NCBI GenBank assembly: GCA_040400775.1
Contig: JBBAPP010000001.1
Location: 1 to 51,962 of the forward strand
Origin: Polaromonas sp.
Lineage (GTDB): Bacteria; Pseudomonadota; Gammaproteobacteria; Burkholderiales; Burkholderiaceae_C
Length of the DNA stretch: 51,962 nucleotides
Direction: 5' to 3'
Made by a program: the position numbers and the translations under genes. This document shows positions 50,412-51,962 of this stretch, in pieces (within the stretch, counting starts at the first letter, position 1; each line of letters opens with the position of its first letter). Below the pieces are notes generated by a model. It was given only the letters and a program-made list of their open reading frames with translations, ran no database searches and was not told the DNA's origin.

Positions 50412-51482
50412 ATGAGCTCCCCCATGGTATTTTTATGGCCTCAATTTTTATGGCTATTGCTAGCATTGCCACTGCTGGTTTTGGTCTATGTCTGGTTGCT
50501 GCGCCGCAAGAAAAAATTAGCGCTGCGCTACGCCAGCCTGTCGATCGTGCGGGAAGCCATGGGTAAAGGCCAGAGTTTTCGCCGGCACATTCCGCCGCTG
50601 CTGTTTTTGCTGTCACTGGCCGCCATGCTGCTGGCATCCAGCAGGCCATTTGCCGTCATCACGCTGCCGTCAGACCAGCAAACCATCATGCTGGCGATGG
50701 ATGTGTCGGGCAGTATGCGTGCCACGGACGTCAAGCCGAATCGACTGGTGGCTTCACAAGACGCAGCCAAGGCCTTTTTAACCGAACTACCGCGCAACAT
50801 ACGTGTCGGTATTGTGGCGTTTGCGGGGACGGCATCGGTGGTGCAACCGCCAACGCTGAGCCGTGAAGACCTGGTCGCAGCCATCGACAAATTTCAGTTG
50901 CAGCGCGGTACCGCCATTGGCAACGGCATTGTGGTGTCGTTGGCCGAGCTGTTTCCGGACGCGGGCATTGACATTGCGTCGATGCAAACTGGCCGAGACC
51001 GCCAACGCGGCGTGGCGATTGACCAAGCCCCAGTGCTTGGCAAAGATGGCAAAGAAAGAAAGCCTTTTGTTCCGGTAGCCCCAGGCTCCTATACGTCAGC
51101 CGCTATTATTTTGCTGACTGATGGCCAACGCACCACGGGTATTGACTCGATGGATGCTGCCAAAGCTGCGGCTGACCGGGGGGTGCGGATTTACACTGTC
51201 GGCGTGGGTACCGTCAATGGCGAAACGATTGGCTTTGAAGGCTGGTCGATGCGCGTCAAACTCGACGAAGAAACCCTCAAAGGCATTGCGCGCAACACCC
51301 AAGCCGAATACTTTTATGCGGGCACAGCAGGAGATTTGAAAAAGGTTTACGAATCTCTCAGTTCACGCTTGACCGTGGTAAAAAAAGAAACCGAAATTTC
51401 AGGCTTGTTAGCGCTCGTGGCTGCAGCATTTGCGTTGCTGTCGGCTGGCTTGTCGCTGGCTTGGTTTAACCGGATTTTGTGA
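50412..51482 (+). CDS. VWA domain protein with BatA-type N-terminus
   Basis: N- and C-terminal TM segments; MIDAS DVSGSM, TAIG, LLTDG. Confidence 0.9.
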   Translation: MSSPMVFLWPQFLWLLLALPLLVLVYVWLLRRKKKLALRYASLSIVREAMGKGQSFRRHIPPLLFLLSLAAMLLASSRPFAVITLPSDQQTIMLAMDVSGSMRATDVKPNRLVASQDAAKAFLTELPRNIRVGIVAFAGTASVVQPPTLSREDLVAAIDKFQLQRGTAIGNGIVVSLAELFPDAGIDIASMQTGRDRQRGVAIDQAPVLGKDGKERKPFVPVAPGSYTSAAIILLTDGQRTTGIDSMDAAKAAADRGVRIYTVGVGTVNGETIGFEGWSMRVKLDEETLKGIARNTQAEYFYAGTAGDLKKVYESLSSRLTVVKKETEISGLLALVAAAFALLSAGLSLAWFNRIL

Positions 51483-51533
51483 CGCACCGCGCTTGCTGCA
51501 ATTGGTATGAAAAGTGGCCTGGTAAAAATGTCT

Positions 51534-51962
51534 TTATGTCACATTGCATTCACGTCGCAGCAAAGCCAACGCATCGTCCAGTGCGCCCAGCGCATCGCTT
51601 AAAAGCAAGCCCTGCGCCTCTTCAACAAAGTTTAACCACAGCTGCGCGTAGTCACTTTGGTATTGTGCTGGTGCTTGGCGCCAGATGTAGTCTGTCGCGG
51701 CCTCAGGCTTAAAACCGGCTTTTTGAATTTTGCGAATCAGTGTGGTGGCGTTTTTTTCGCTCAAAATAGTTTTAGGCGCGGCATGTGCGGCCAGGCAAAA
51801 AAACAGTGTCAGCAATGAGCTGTCGTCGGTATGGCCAGCCGTGGTTTTAGCCCATTCATCGGACACGGTACGGTCATGGTGATCGACTTCGTTCAAGCCG
51901 TCTTCCGTCCAAAAATACCGCCCGATAAAAGCAGGCGTCTGGTCAAACAGCTTTCGTGTGGG
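51534..51962 (-). CDS. 3' part of a hypothetical protein (frame open to the window edge)
   Basis: The frame continues past 51896 without a stop (TRKLFDQTPAFIGRYFWTEDGL...) and ends LLRRECNVT*. Confidence 0.65.
   Translation of the reverse strand, partial: PTRKLFDQTPAFIGRYFWTEDGLNEVDHHDRTVSDEWAKTTAGHTDDSSLLTLFFCLAAHAAPKTILSEKNATTLIRKIQKAGFKPEAATDYIWRQAPAQYQSDYAQLWLNFVEEAQGLLLSDALGALDDALALLRRECNVT

Overview
Mostly housekeeping chromosome of a betaproteobacterium, most likely Comamonadaceae (Polaromonas/Rhodoferax-like; inferred from the Bug/TctC genes, gene order and repeat types). Genes include livHMGF, rarA-lolA-ftsK, trxB, rpmB-rpmG, a desaturase, an RsmB-like methyltransferase, prfC, an AT-rich H-NS islet, Lrp-mdeB, purN, two acyl-CoA dehydrogenases, an HNH protein, ribF-ileS-lspA, ggt, tctBA, an orphan GspE-type ATPase, TatD and a protease-MoxR-DUF58-VWA cluster. 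I saw no rRNA, tRNA, CRISPR array or transposase. The unusual content is a dense set of small palindromic repeats. (1) A ~65-bp element with core GCTAT-N7-ATAGC and a second motif 37 bp from the core start occurs about 11 times. Seven copies lie inside reading frames (rarA, lolA signal peptide, mdeB, an acyl-CoA dehydrogenase, ileS, NUDIX, EamA), in four different stop-free frames. (2) A MITE-like family has its right inverted repeat abutting start codons and in one case supplies the Shine-Dalgarno sequence. (3) There are further MITE-like families and a ~690-bp nested palindrome. Two gene remnants not represented as such in the ORF track were found: a Crp/Fnr regulator and the C-terminus of a Na/Pi cotransporter. 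All family assignments come from motif recognition by eye, without database searches.
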